From Bdellovibrionales bacterium (GTDB lineage: Bacteria; Bdellovibrionota; Bdellovibrionia; Bdellovibrionales; UBA1609): a stretch of DNA of 64,000 nt. The notes beneath the pieces are model-generated. The model ran no database searches. It was given only the letters and a program-made list of their open reading frames with translations, and was not told the origin of the DNA. Position numbers and translations under genes: made by a program. The stretch is from assembly GCA_027317865.1 (NCBI GenBank), contig DAHVQG010000001.1, forward strand, positions 224,001 to 288,000, read 5' to 3'. This document shows, piece by piece, positions 8,303 through 19,249 of the stretch (the first letter of the stretch is position 1; every line of letters starts with the position of its first letter).

Positions 8303-9217
8303 ATGCGACGACCGACACACTCAATCGCTATTGGCGCAATCTTTTTTGAGACGATCTTTTGCGGGTTTTTAATTACCGGTCGAAACGGGTATGCGGCGAA
8401 TTCCGTGGTTGCACCCAGGGCCGCGAAACCAATTGCTGTTTTTACCGAGAAAATAGCGGACAAGCCGGTTTTTGACACGCTCACATATCCGGCGCAGATA
8501 GAATCGCGAGTGAACGCGATGATTCTCGCCGAATCGGACGGGGTCATAACAAAGATCCCGCATCCTTTGGGGGCAAAAATTCGTCGCGGTGAAATCGTCG
8601 CGATAATTCGTCACACGGATCCAATTTATCAGTATCAGCCGTTTATTGTGCGCGCGCCCGTTACCGGTGTTATTAACGAAGTTTATTTAACTAGAGGCGC
8701 GCTAGTGAAAAAAGGCGATAAACTTCTTTCAATCACAGCTCCCAACAAACTTCGTATTATGATCGACGTCGCGGCACAAGATGTTCCATTCATTCACTCC
8801 GGTCTTGTCGGTCAGTTGACAGTTTCCGATCAAAGTCAGTCACTTCCAGTAACGGTTGAAGGGATTAGCCCGTCGATAAATCCCATGCTGGGCACAGCCT
8901 CTTGCGAGCTTACTGCAAGCAAAGCGGTCGAGAAAAATTTGGAACCCGGGTTAGTTGGAGTCGTAACGTTCAAAGTGAATAAACGGAATGCATTTGTTGT
9001 TCCTCAAGACGCGGTGGTTTATGAAGGTAATCGTCCGTATATTCAACTAGTTTTAGCGAATGATATTGCGAAACGGATACCGGTGAAGCTCGGCGAGCTC
9101 AACGATGGTAAAATTGAAATTTTAAGCGGTCTCAAATCGGGTGAGCAAATTATCGATCGGTCGGCAGGTTTTGTGGCCGATGGCGCCCGCGTCAAAATCA
9201 TGAAGTCGACGGAGTAA
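8303..9217 (+). CDS. RND efflux periplasmic adaptor (MFP)
   Basis: Lipoyl-like halves AESDGVI/VRAPVTGVI; VVPQDAV; EILSGLKSGEQII; GGGAG RBS. Confidence 0.9.
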   Translation: MRRPTHSIAIGAIFFETIFCGFLITGRNGYAANSVVAPRAAKPIAVFTEKIADKPVFDTLTYPAQIESRVNAMILAESDGVITKIPHPLGAKIRRGEIVAIIRHTDPIYQYQPFIVRAPVTGVINEVYLTRGALVKKGDKLLSITAPNKLRIMIDVAAQDVPFIHSGLVGQLTVSDQSQSLPVTVEGISPSINPMLGTASCELTASKAVEKNLEPGLVGVVTFKVNKRNAFVVPQDAVVYEGNRPYIQLVLANDIAKRIPVKLGELNDGKIEILSGLKSGEQIIDRSAGFVADGARVKIMKSTE

Positions 9218-9250
9218 CCGGTGCCGCCACGCGAAGACGGAAATTCTTTT

Positions 9251-12200
9251 ATGTCGAAGCTGTATGCATCTCCGCTTCGGGTCTATCTGGCACTCGCGGC
9301 ACTTGCGGTTTGGGGCATTATCGCCGGTTTCACACTGCCGATTTCGCTTTTTCCCAATAGTTCGAAACCAAATATTGGCGTCGAGATCCCCTACGGGAGC
9401 ATGACTCCGAGCGAGTTCATGAATACCTACGGTGATAATCTAGAAAACTATCTGCGCCGAATTACGGTGGATGGACATAGGGTTCAAAAGCTTAAGGCGA
9501 CCTATGCCGGCAGCCGCGCTGAGTACCGGTTACTTTTTGACTGGGGTACGAACACTCAGAAGGCGCTTCGCGAGACTCGAACGACGGTCAATAGTCTGGC
9601 GAGCCGATATCCGCGTGAAGTGCGCGATGGGCTATGGGTTTGGAACGAAAACGGGCAAAAAACCGGATTTTTGGGAGTCACGTTTTATAGCCAAACCCGT
9701 TCTCTCAACGAGCTTTACAAATATCTGAAACCGCAACTTTTGCCGGTTGTACATTCCGTTCCCGGTGTCGCAAATTCGTTTCTGTGGAATCCCGATCAGC
9801 GCGAAATTATGATTGATATTAACCCTGAGCGCGCGGCCTCATTGCAAGTGCTCCCGAGTGACATTGCACAGGCGCTTATCCCGCAAATGGAATCTTCGAG
9901 CGGCGGGAGTATGACGGTTGGAACTCAGCAAATGCACATTTCGCTCAAAGCGCCTGTTCATAGCGCAGCGGGATTGGCGCAGGCGATTATCCCGACGCGA
10001 TCAGGCCAAATAATTCACTTAGGCGATATTGCGCACATTCATTTTGGTGTACCTGAAAACAGCCAACAATCGGTTACGACTAGCGGCGCGCCGAGTTTGA
10101 TTCTTATTGCGCGGCCAAAGCCGGGCGGCAATGTTGCACAAATGTCTGAGACCATTCTTGCCGCGATAAAAAATATGTCGCAACATTGGCCGAAAGACAT
10201 TCAGTACAAGGTGCTTGTCGACCCATCGCAGTTCATTCGTTCGGCGGTTGGTAACGTTTTGCGCGAAGTGATTCTTGCCGCCGCGCTTGCGGTGCTGGTG
10301 TTATTTTTATTTATCGGCAATCTTCGTAACGTCGTGACGGCCGCAATTGAAATTCCGATTAGCATCGTGATGGCTTTTATTTTAATGAAAATCGCGCATA
10401 TTGATCTCAATCTGATTTCGCTTGGCGGTCTGGCACTTTCGGCAGGGATGAACGTCGACGGCTCCGTCGTCGTGATGGAAAATATTTTTCGCCATTTCGA
10501 TGAAGAGCGGCGCAAGGGCAATACCTCGTTTCAGTTTGCAGACCGTTTGCGTATCGTTACTCGCGCTGTGAATGAGGTGCGTTTTCCGATTATTGCGTCG
10601 ACTATTGCGGCACTCGTTGTGTTTTTGCCGCTTGCCTTTACCAGTGCACTGACTAACGCGCTTCTCGGGGATTTGGCTTTGGCCGTCGTTTTTTCTCATG
10701 GGTTTTCGGCTCTTGTGGCGCTGGTGCTTGTGCCGACAGTCCGATTGCAACTCATGGACAAATTTTCTGACGAAATGTCACCGTCGCCGATTGAAGGTTT
10801 TTTTCGTAAAACAGAAAATATTTACGCTTGGGCTTTGCGCGGATTCTTAAATCGCCGGCGGCTAAAGCTTGCGGTTTACGGTGCGCTCTGTGCGGTTCTT
10901 GCGGCGCTATTAATTTGGGTCGTGCCCCGGCTGCCGCGAAAACTAATCGGTGAACCGGATTCGAATTGGGTGACGATCGATATTTCGGCCCGCGGCAATT
11001 CGCTCGCGCGCCAAATGCAGTCGCAGAGCAATTCGGTTGAAGCCAAAGTCATGAAAAGGTATGCAAGCAAAATTCTTTATAGCTTTACGCAAACCTGGGG
11101 AACAAATAACTCATTTATTATGCTTCGGTTGAAAAACAAGAGCGACATGCAGGCAATTAAGAAGGAGATTCAGCATGAATTTCCAAACACTCCCGACGAA
11201 AATTTCTTCGTTGGCAACTGGAATCCTTCGCAATTGCCGATTCCGCACCCGCCAGACTTTAAAGTTGCAATTACCGGCTCGAATAACAAGGATCGCTTTG
11301 AAGTTGGGCGCGACATTTGGCATTTGTTGCAGGCTCACTCGGGGTTTGTAAATATTGTGACAAAACCCGGGCTTAACCGGCGCGACCAAATAGAGCTTAA
11401 AATTAACCCAGAACAGTGGGCATTACTCAGTCACGCGCAGGTGCCCCTTACACCGGGCGATTTATCGGATTTGGTCCGAGTGGCAACGGTGGGCCGTCCG
11501 ATTTGGCAAATTCCGATTGACGGTGAATTGACGCCGGTAAATTTAGGTTTCTCGCAGGACCGCGTGGCAACGATGCAAGATCTAGAATCTTTACCAGTCG
11601 GTATCGAGGGTCATCTCGTTCCGCTGAAAGCATTGGCACAGGTTGCCGAAGTGCCGGTTGCACCTCCACGCTTTCGTGAAAACGGTATCAGTAAAATTCT
11701 GATTAAAGGTTACGGATTGAGGAGTAAGACCGGGCAGGCCGCGGTTATAGCGCAAAAAGCGCGACGCCTCGTAGAGAATTGGGTGAAGACGTCAGGCGCC
11801 ATGCACAGTTCAATTGTCACAATTGAAGATCCTCATAAGGATTTAACTCAGGCTCTCCACGAGCTGACGTATGCCGTGATTTTGTCGATCTTTCTTATCT
11901 TTTTGACCATGGTGTTTCAGTTCGGTGATATCGCGAACTCGTTACTCGTGCTTGTCGCCGTCCCGCTCGGCATTATTGGTGTCTTGGCCGCGCTTTATAT
12001 TTTTAATAGTTCGCTTTCACTCAATTCAGTCTTGGGGATGATATTGCTCAATGGCATTGCCGTGGCCAACAGTATTTTGCTTGTTGATTTTCTCAAGCGA
12101 CGGGTCGATGCGGGGATGCCTCCGAAATTCGCGGCAGTTGAAGCGTCGTGCACGCGATTGCGTCCGATTTTAATGACATCGACAACGACCGCTCTTGGAA

Positions 12201-12442
12201 TGTTGCCGATCGCCCTTGGCCTCGGGGAGGGGGGACGGATTTTGCAACCGCTCGGTATTGCCGTCCTCGGCGGGTTGAGTTTCTCTATGCTTACAACTCT
12301 CTTTATTGTTCCCGCTCTTCAAGTCAGTTATCTCGAATGGCGAGGCGGGCGACGCACGAAAATTAGGCCGCGAATACCGACGTTCGGCGCGCGTGAGGTT
12401 GAATTTGAAAATCCACGGTTTGATTGGAGTCCCGAGCTTTGA
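9251..12442 (+). CDS. RND efflux permease (AcrB/CusA family)
   Basis: GMNVDGSVVVMENI, NSILLVDF, RLRPILMTS; about 1060 aa. Confidence 0.95.
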   Translation: MSKLYASPLRVYLALAALAVWGIIAGFTLPISLFPNSSKPNIGVEIPYGSMTPSEFMNTYGDNLENYLRRITVDGHRVQKLKATYAGSRAEYRLLFDWGTNTQKALRETRTTVNSLASRYPREVRDGLWVWNENGQKTGFLGVTFYSQTRSLNELYKYLKPQLLPVVHSVPGVANSFLWNPDQREIMIDINPERAASLQVLPSDIAQALIPQMESSSGGSMTVGTQQMHISLKAPVHSAAGLAQAIIPTRSGQIIHLGDIAHIHFGVPENSQQSVTTSGAPSLILIARPKPGGNVAQMSETILAAIKNMSQHWPKDIQYKVLVDPSQFIRSAVGNVLREVILAAALAVLVLFLFIGNLRNVVTAAIEIPISIVMAFILMKIAHIDLNLISLGGLALSAGMNVDGSVVVMENIFRHFDEERRKGNTSFQFADRLRIVTRAVNEVRFPIIASTIAALVVFLPLAFTSALTNALLGDLALAVVFSHGFSALVALVLVPTVRLQLMDKFSDEMSPSPIEGFFRKTENIYAWALRGFLNRRRLKLAVYGALCAVLAALLIWVVPRLPRKLIGEPDSNWVTIDISARGNSLARQMQSQSNSVEAKVMKRYASKILYSFTQTWGTNNSFIMLRLKNKSDMQAIKKEIQHEFPNTPDENFFVGNWNPSQLPIPHPPDFKVAITGSNNKDRFEVGRDIWHLLQAHSGFVNIVTKPGLNRRDQIELKINPEQWALLSHAQVPLTPGDLSDLVRVATVGRPIWQIPIDGELTPVNLGFSQDRVATMQDLESLPVGIEGHLVPLKALAQVAEVPVAPPRFRENGISKILIKGYGLRSKTGQAAVIAQKARRLVENWVKTSGAMHSSIVTIEDPHKDLTQALHELTYAVILSIFLIFLTMVFQFGDIANSLLVLVAVPLGIIGVLAALYIFNSSLSLNSVLGMILLNGIAVANSILLVDFLKRRVDAGMPPKFAAVEASCTRLRPILMTSTTTALGMLPIALGLGEGGRILQPLGIAVLGGLSFSMLTTLFIVPALQVSYLEWRGGRRTKIRPRIPTFGAREVEFENPRFDWSPEL

Positions 12443-13722
12443 AAAGGCTGGCATTTGAATTATTTAAATACATGCTGCTTTTAACGGGCACTACTGCATT
12501 GCTTACGAGTGCTTTTGTACGAGCTGCGCCCTTGCGCGCGTCGGTGACGTTTCAACAAGCGTTGCGGTTGATGGTAAAAAATGATCTCGCAGTGAAAATA
12601 CAGAAGACGAAACTCAACATTGCGCATGAAAAATTGGTCGGTAGTGTCGGCGCGTTTTTGCCCATGGTTTCGACCAGCTATTCGAAGCAAAATTGGCTCG
12701 GCACCCCTGAAGATTCATATTCGATAGGGGCAAATATTAACGTTTTTCATTGGGGGGCCGACGTCGCCAAATACAGGTCAGCGCGTTTTGACCTCAGAGC
12801 GCGTAAAGCGACTTTTACAGATTCGAAATTGAATGCGGAAGCTGCCGCGTGCAAAGCGCTATTTCAATGGATGCAAGAATCACAAATTTTGGCGGCCTAC
12901 GACCGAAGCGAAAAGAGCGCGCAATTGAATCACAGCATTGCAATTGAGCGCTACAAAAGAGGTTATTTATCGGCAGAAGAACTTGATAAAGTGACACTGG
13001 ATCTCGCAAACGTTCGAGCCCTTCGTGCGCAAACACAATCGAATTTAGCGCAAGCCCGAGAAACTGTGAGATCGCTTTTGGGTTCTGATCGAATTACCGA
13101 CAAGTGGCCATGGCGGCGGCAGATTCTTAGTTTAAATTTAAATCAATTCGATCGCCTTCGCGGAATCAGAGCTTTAAAAGTCAGGCCCGATTATTTGGCG
13201 GCCAAGGCTCAGTTGAATGAAGAAAATTGGCTCGTGCGAAGTTCGCGGCGAAAAGTTTTGCCAAGCATCGACTTAAATTATTCCCAAAGTAAATATAATT
13301 ATAACAATCAGGGGTTCGGCGGTTGGTCAACGGGCGTTACCGTTAGCATTCCGCTTTTTAATGGATTGCAAGATGAAACATCTTATAAAAGTGCGGTGCA
13401 ATCAAGGGCGGCCGCTGAATTTCAACTTCAACAATTAGAACGTGATATTCGAAGCGAACAATCCGAGGCAAAAACCAATTTTAAAATTGCAGTTGATCAG
13501 TACAAAAACAGTTTGATCGATCTTGGGCTAGCCAAGCGGCTTCTCGCCGCCGACACATCCCGTTTTCGTTTGGGCCGCGCCACTGCTGATGATCTGAATC
13601 TTGATCTAACTCGCGTGACCGATTCGAAGCGACTGGCGATTCAAAGCATCGAGCGGGCCCATATGGCCTATGTAGACCTTCTTCACGCATTTGGTGAGAG
13701 CGTTTTTAATAGAATTCGATGA
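12424..13722 (+). CDS. TolC-family outer membrane factor
   Basis: Two OEP repeats (FLPMVS; LPSIDL..GVTVSIPLFNG); follows RND gene. Confidence 0.9.
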   Translation: MESRALKRLAFELFKYMLLLTGTTALLTSAFVRAAPLRASVTFQQALRLMVKNDLAVKIQKTKLNIAHEKLVGSVGAFLPMVSTSYSKQNWLGTPEDSYSIGANINVFHWGADVAKYRSARFDLRARKATFTDSKLNAEAAACKALFQWMQESQILAAYDRSEKSAQLNHSIAIERYKRGYLSAEELDKVTLDLANVRALRAQTQSNLAQARETVRSLLGSDRITDKWPWRRQILSLNLNQFDRLRGIRALKVRPDYLAAKAQLNEENWLVRSSRRKVLPSIDLNYSQSKYNYNNQGFGGWSTGVTVSIPLFNGLQDETSYKSAVQSRAAAEFQLQQLERDIRSEQSEAKTNFKIAVDQYKNSLIDLGLAKRLLAADTSRFRLGRATADDLNLDLTRVTDSKRLAIQSIERAHMAYVDLLHAFGESVFNRIR

Positions 13723-13812
13723 GAATTGATTCTGATTGTTGAATTTGTGTAAGCTATGGTTGCAACTTTCATTTATCGCTTGAATTTGGCGCATCTTAAG
13801 ATTGGGGGCATC

Positions 13813-15177
13813 ATGAAACGCGCGCGCTTTTGTTCTTTGTCAGTTCATTTATCTATTGCGGCAGTGCTCACGCTATTTACGACTGGTAGTTTTGCAAAAG
13901 GCTTCAATTATAACGGCGTTAACGTGCAACTTGGCGGGTTTCTCGCATCCGAAACTGTATATCGCGATAATAACATGGCATCTGATGTCGCAACAAATTT
14001 CAGCAAAATTCCATTCAAAAATAGCGCGCAATACGGCGAGCCCGAATTTCGCGGCAGCGAACGTCAGTCACGATTCTCGCTGTTGGCGCAGGGGCTTTAC
14101 AATCATCGCGTTCGGGTCACCGGCTACTACGAACTTGATTTTTTGGGTGCGGCCACGACGGCTAACTCAAACGAGAGCAATTCGTACAACCCGCGTACGC
14201 GCGTAGTTTATCTTGACATCGATTGGTTGAACTCGGGTTGGCACTTACTCGCTGGCCAAGATTGGTCGCTTGTGACATTGAATTCTGACGGGATCACTCC
14301 ACGTCACGAAGTGTTACCGCCGACGATCGACGCCCAGTACGCCGTCGGATTTAATTGGGCTCGGCAATGGCAAACCCGCATCGTGAAAAATTGGGGTAAA
14401 AAATATTGGGCTGCTCTTTCTCTTGAGAACCCGCAAACAACAGCCGGTGGGAGCGCTCCAACGGGATATGGCGCCGTATATCAGTTCGGTCCTGGCTCGC
14501 TTTTTTCGAACAAAACGTCGATCAATAGCATGCCTGACATCATCGTGAAATTTGCGTGGCAGCCCTCGTTTGCACATTTTGAGGTTTACAATCTGACACG
14601 GAATTTTGAAAGCGAATACGGTTTGATAGGCTCCGAGACTCGCAAGCAAAGCACGTGGACCGACGCGGCCGGTGCCGGTGTGATCGTGCCATTTCTGCAC
14701 AAAAAGGTAAAAATAAAGCTAAGCGGTTTAGTCGGGGACGGAATCGGCCGCTATGGCACGGCTCAATTGCCCGATGTGACATACGCAAGCGACGGAAGAC
14801 TTGAGCCATTGTCCGGTGAGCAGTATCTCGCACAACTTTCGTGGCATGCGCGAGCTGATTTAACCTCCTATATCACGTATGGGTTAGAAAGCGTTAACAG
14901 TTCGGCCGGCAGCGGTTACGGTTACGGCAATTCCGCAGTGACGACAAATGCGGGTTGTTCAAATTTGGGTGGTACATGCAGCGCTGAGGCAAAAAGTGTG
15001 AATCAAATCAACCTTGGGTTTTGGTGGCAGATTTATAAAATGCAAAAGTTTGGAGTGCTGAATTTCGGCGCACAATACTCGCATACATCACTTGATACTT
15101 TCGCCGATGCGACGGGAATCTCCCCAAGCACCTCTGAGAACATGGTATTTACGAGTTTGCGATATTACCCGTTTTGA
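13813..15177 (+). CDS. Outer membrane porin-like beta-barrel
   Basis: Signal peptide; RQSRFSL, YYELDFLG and LLAGQDWSL motifs; C-terminal LRYYPF. Confidence 0.8.
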   Translation: MKRARFCSLSVHLSIAAVLTLFTTGSFAKGFNYNGVNVQLGGFLASETVYRDNNMASDVATNFSKIPFKNSAQYGEPEFRGSERQSRFSLLAQGLYNHRVRVTGYYELDFLGAATTANSNESNSYNPRTRVVYLDIDWLNSGWHLLAGQDWSLVTLNSDGITPRHEVLPPTIDAQYAVGFNWARQWQTRIVKNWGKKYWAALSLENPQTTAGGSAPTGYGAVYQFGPGSLFSNKTSINSMPDIIVKFAWQPSFAHFEVYNLTRNFESEYGLIGSETRKQSTWTDAAGAGVIVPFLHKKVKIKLSGLVGDGIGRYGTAQLPDVTYASDGRLEPLSGEQYLAQLSWHARADLTSYITYGLESVNSSAGSGYGYGNSAVTTNAGCSNLGGTCSAEAKSVNQINLGFWWQIYKMQKFGVLNFGAQYSHTSLDTFADATGISPSTSENMVFTSLRYYPF

Positions 15178-15602
15178 AGCGTGCAGTAGCTATAGGTAGC
15201 CGCCGCCGCAGTTTTACTGTTGTCGGCGTTAGTAACAGTCGACGTCACAATGATTTTAGTGAGTTCGCCGTTTTTGTCGAAAGTGGCTGTGGCGCTTGTA
15301 AAGTTCATCGTTGTGTCGTCTTGTGCGCCGTACGGACTAAGTTCATATGATTTTATGATTTTCGTCAAATTAGAGGGCGGAACAGCCGAGCTGACGGATT
15401 GGTCACCGTTTGAAAATGCAAGAATCAGCGATTCGGTCGGATAAACGGTTACATTCACATTTTCGGGCAATAACGACTGACTGCTTGTGCTGACGCAATC
15501 GAACGTTCCCGTGACAAGCGCACTCGCGTTGAATCCAATTAATGATGACGCGATTAGTGCCAAACTGAAAATAGTCGCCGCAGACCCGAATAGTCGATTC
15601 AT
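15165..15602 (-). CDS. Secreted Ser/Thr-rich hypothetical protein
   Basis: Signal peptide ending ASA, two Cys, AGGAG RBS. Confidence 0.65.
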   Translation of the reverse strand: MNRLFGSAATIFSLALIASSLIGFNASALVTGTFDCVSTSSQSLLPENVNVTVYPTESLILAFSNGDQSVSSAVPPSNLTKIIKSYELSPYGAQDDTTMNFTSATATFDKNGELTKIIVTSTVTNADNSKTAAAATYSYCTLQNG

Positions 15603-15707
15603 AAACTTAGCTCCTTGCCTCGTGACTTGCGCCCGTTCTTATAGCACACGTCTTGCATTGGACCTAGCAACATTCGAGGTCCCGCCCGAAAACCAACATA
15701 GAAAGGT

Positions 15708-16868
15708 TTGAGCTTGAAAATTTCACCATCGTTCAAGCGCTCCCTGTCGATCTTTTTGACAGTGGCGACACTTTTAGGCTCTGGCCCTCTTGCGGGCGCG
15801 GCAGGGTTATTTTCTGCTTCATTTTCGACTCGACCATATAAATTTGTATCGTGCGAAGCGATGCTCGAAATGAAGTCGTATTCGACCGATCAAAATATTT
15901 TACCGGCGGTACAGAGGGCGATCCAACAAATTCGCATGTCCGTAAAAGACACCGGAGACAGCGGGAGTTCACTGTGGCCAGTATCTTACGCAGGCAACAT
16001 CAAAAGAATGTCGAAGAGTGATGCACAAAAAATTATAGAACGGCTCAACGGCATCGTCGATAATCTTAAAAGAACAAATCTTGACGAACAGTATCTCGCG
16101 TTTGAAGTTCGCGGCGATGACATCGCAAAAGCATTGTCACTCGTTGAAACAAGACAAAGAGAACTCACTCGGATTTATAATAAAATGTATCCGCCGCTTA
16201 AAGCTACTATCGGTAGTCGGCTCCCGAATCTTGCGGCATCCGGTTTAAGCTTTCTATCGGTAACGTCGCTCGTCTTTGGAATTATGGCCCATGTGCCGGC
16301 CCACAAGCTTGTTTCGCTTTCAGTACTAGCTCTACTTTCAATTGTAACGGCGAAATTTTTCTCATTTTTGAATAAATACCGGCGCGATCAAAATTACGGC
16401 GGTTTGGCTCGATTTTTAAATCGCGCAGTATCTCAGCCGGACCCGGATCAATTTTATATCGATAGTTCAAACATGGATATCATACCCGTACCCGCTGAAT
16501 TTCACAAAATGCTCATGGGTAATTCAGCTGAAAAGGATGCCGTTCAATATGCACGTCATTTGATACTAAAGGCTTGGGCTATTGACGGTTATAATGCTCC
16601 CGCCGAAATGAAGCGGCTCGATGCATTACTCAATCGTGCTGTGCAAAATGCCGGGGATCTCAATCGCTACGCGTATGTTGATCAAATCGTTTACTTTAAT
16701 AAATCACTCAGCAAGCCCGGTGAACCTCCCGTACCGGTGTGGCTGTTCGTTTATCGTGCGTTTCGCTCAAGAAAAGGCGGCAAAAGGCCGTCGAAAAAAG
16801 AACACAATGCCGCGCGAGATAAGCAATGGGATCCAGGCCTGAAGCCGGTCCCCGTTGAAACGAGATGA
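15708..16868 (+). CDS. Hypothetical exported/membrane protein
   Basis: Signal-like leader, central two-helix hydrophobic hairpin; paralog of next gene. Confidence 0.65.
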   Translation: MSLKISPSFKRSLSIFLTVATLLGSGPLAGAAGLFSASFSTRPYKFVSCEAMLEMKSYSTDQNILPAVQRAIQQIRMSVKDTGDSGSSLWPVSYAGNIKRMSKSDAQKIIERLNGIVDNLKRTNLDEQYLAFEVRGDDIAKALSLVETRQRELTRIYNKMYPPLKATIGSRLPNLAASGLSFLSVTSLVFGIMAHVPAHKLVSLSVLALLSIVTAKFFSFLNKYRRDQNYGGLARFLNRAVSQPDPDQFYIDSSNMDIIPVPAEFHKMLMGNSAEKDAVQYARHLILKAWAIDGYNAPAEMKRLDALLNRAVQNAGDLNRYAYVDQIVYFNKSLSKPGEPPVPVWLFVYRAFRSRKGGKRPSKKEHNAARDKQWDPGLKPVPVETR

Positions 16869-16891
16869 AAAAAATGAAGGAGCTGTGATCG

Positions 16892-17596
16892 ATGAAAATG
16901 TCAGAGCGTGCAAGAAATTGCGTAGCAGCAATATTGTTTGTACCGGGCCTGGCGTTCGTCAGGCACAAAATTGAGACTTGTGATCAAATTGTTAAAAATA
17001 TAAAAGTTCAATCCGCGGCCAATGAGGACAACATACAAATAGCATTAGCGACTCTGAAACGCGCCCAAAAGCGAATTCAATTTGCAATTGGTAACGTCGA
17101 CGCGAACGGCAAAATCATAGACCGCGTTTCACCGTCATTTTCTGATGTCTATTATTCTGGATATGCCCGAAAGATGTCCCCCAAATTGGCTGACGTGGTA
17201 ATTGGGCGGCTCAATGGTCTCGCTGAAAACCTTCAATCCAAGAACAATGAAATGAACCAAGTTGACCCGGTTGAAGCGCGGGGTATAGGCGCAATCGACG
17301 AAGCCCTCGATAGCATCGAGAATGCGGGGCAAATACCTCGCCGTTTGGTTTTGAGTTTAAGAAAATTTTTGCGTAAAACAGTGGCTACAAAAGACACAAG
17401 TCGAATCTTTATTGCCGGACTAAAGACAAAACTCAAATTACAAAATGACGCCGCAAATACAAAGCAGAAGGTCTACATCGACGTTGTCACATTTTTTGAC
17501 AAAACCGCGGCGGCGGATAAGTCGGTGGAACCTAGCGGTAAGCTATTAGCGGGCTATGAACCGGTCTTGCTGATCGTGTACCGCGCGCTACAATAG
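16892..17596 (+). CDS. Hypothetical protein, paralog of 15708-16868
   Basis: Shared blocks RLNG..NL, Y(V/I)D...F.K and PV.L.VYRA. Confidence 0.65.
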   Translation: MKMSERARNCVAAILFVPGLAFVRHKIETCDQIVKNIKVQSAANEDNIQIALATLKRAQKRIQFAIGNVDANGKIIDRVSPSFSDVYYSGYARKMSPKLADVVIGRLNGLAENLQSKNNEMNQVDPVEARGIGAIDEALDSIENAGQIPRRLVLSLRKFLRKTVATKDTSRIFIAGLKTKLKLQNDAANTKQKVYIDVVTFFDKTAAADKSVEPSGKLLAGYEPVLLIVYRALQ

Positions 17597-17668
17597 CTAA
17601 ACGGGTATTTGCTATATAATATAAAAGTGCAGCCCAGGTAATATTATACATCGTCGAGGTTTATCATC

Positions 17669-19249
17669 GTGAATTCAAAAAATGTATTATGGGCTCTTTG
17701 CGGGCTAATTATCGCATGCTCTTTGCTTCAAGGCGCGAGAGTTTACGCGAGCAACCACGCCTTTTCGAACCAAAGCGCTGAGTTTGGTTCGGCACTTCAG
17801 CTTTTCACGAGCAAAAACTACGAGCAAAGCCGACGCGCCTTTTTTGAGCTCGTGAAGAGACATCCAAAGAACAATGTCTATTGGTTTAATCTAGCAAACT
17901 CATATTTTATGCTCGGCCAGTACCGGAATGCCGTCGTCTGTTATAACCATGTGATCAGATCTAAAGATGGATTAAAAATCGCGTCGCAATGGTATCGTGC
18001 GCGGGCTTTCTATAAGCTCGGAGATCGAAAAAAGGCTCTTTCAGAATTGCGATATATTTTGCGGCACGAAGCGCCCCCGCCGGCAGTACGATTGGGTGTC
18101 GAAGAAGATTTGCGAACGCAGTTCGGTGGAGGGGTGATTGAGCGCGCTCATAGCGCGGGCGAAACGCGGTTAGAATTCGAGGCTCTTAAGCTTTATCAGC
18201 GGCATGAATTTCGTCAGGCTCTGGCGGCAGTTGATCGAATTAAATATCCGTCAAAGCACGACTTGATTTTAAAAAGTTTGATTTTGAAGAAAATGAATCG
18301 CCTTAGCGAGAGTCGGCGAATATTGAAATCCATCAATTCGCAAGAAGCTAAAAATCTGCTCGACGAAGTGGAAATGGCGCAAACATCAAGGCGAAAATTT
18401 TGGGGCTATATCAATGCTTCTCTCGGTCAAGAGTCAAACGTTTATCAGGTGCCGGCGTTTCAATCGCCGACAAGCCGGACAATTTCTGATGATTTTTGGG
18501 GATTGGGTGGCGAACTTAAAAGTTGGGGTAAAAGATATCTGCTGCTCAATTATTACGGTAATCTTTACGATGTTTTTTCGATTTCAGCGTTGCAAATCAT
18601 TTCGCATCGATTGTGGTTAAGTTACGGTTTTAAGAAATCCGGTTGGAACATGCAAATCGGTCCCTATTATGAGTTGGATGATTGGGGCGGTCAAAGCGCC
18701 TACGACGTATTCGGTATTAAATATAAAACGTTTAGATATAAAAATCATTTTCAATGGGGGGCAACTGCTGATTTTGGCAGTCAATCGGCGAGTCAAGCCC
18801 GGTATTCGTATATGTCGGGCGCGGTGACGTCCTTGCGGTTCTACGCGGGGTACATTAAAAATTCGATTTTTGCCCAAGTTTATTTGTTGGGCGAGCACGA
18901 CGGCATTGGCGATATTAAATTTACGAATGGCGACGTTTTACCTGAAGGGCAGAACAATTACGGGATCGGTGGATGGGGCATAATCAGGATCAATAATAAA
19001 TGGATGGCAATTGGGCGCATACAAGTCATCAACCGCAATTTTATAGACCATGCGGTACCGAATAAAGTTCGAGCCGATAGCGAAGCAAAGTACGAGGTGC
19101 GGGCAATTCGGACGTTTACCAACCGGTTTTCCGGCTATCTTTCGCTGTCTGAAACGGATAACAGTTCAACGTTGGGGAGCAACGACGTCGTGGATCTTAA
19201 TTATACCGACCAAATTTTTCTGCTCGGTGTATCATGGAGCAACCTGTAA
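17669..19249 (+). CDS. TPR + outer membrane beta-barrel protein (SLAM-like)
   Basis: Signal peptide; TPRs (YWFNLANSYFMLGQYRNA); aromatic-rich amphipathic C-terminal strands ending LGVSW. Confidence 0.7.
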   Translation: MNSKNVLWALCGLIIACSLLQGARVYASNHAFSNQSAEFGSALQLFTSKNYEQSRRAFFELVKRHPKNNVYWFNLANSYFMLGQYRNAVVCYNHVIRSKDGLKIASQWYRARAFYKLGDRKKALSELRYILRHEAPPPAVRLGVEEDLRTQFGGGVIERAHSAGETRLEFEALKLYQRHEFRQALAAVDRIKYPSKHDLILKSLILKKMNRLSESRRILKSINSQEAKNLLDEVEMAQTSRRKFWGYINASLGQESNVYQVPAFQSPTSRTISDDFWGLGGELKSWGKRYLLLNYYGNLYDVFSISALQIISHRLWLSYGFKKSGWNMQIGPYYELDDWGGQSAYDVFGIKYKTFRYKNHFQWGATADFGSQSASQARYSYMSGAVTSLRFYAGYIKNSIFAQVYLLGEHDGIGDIKFTNGDVLPEGQNNYGIGGWGIIRINNKWMAIGRIQVINRNFIDHAVPNKVRADSEAKYEVRAIRTFTNRFSGYLSLSETDNSSTLGSNDVVDLNYTDQIFLLGVSWSNL

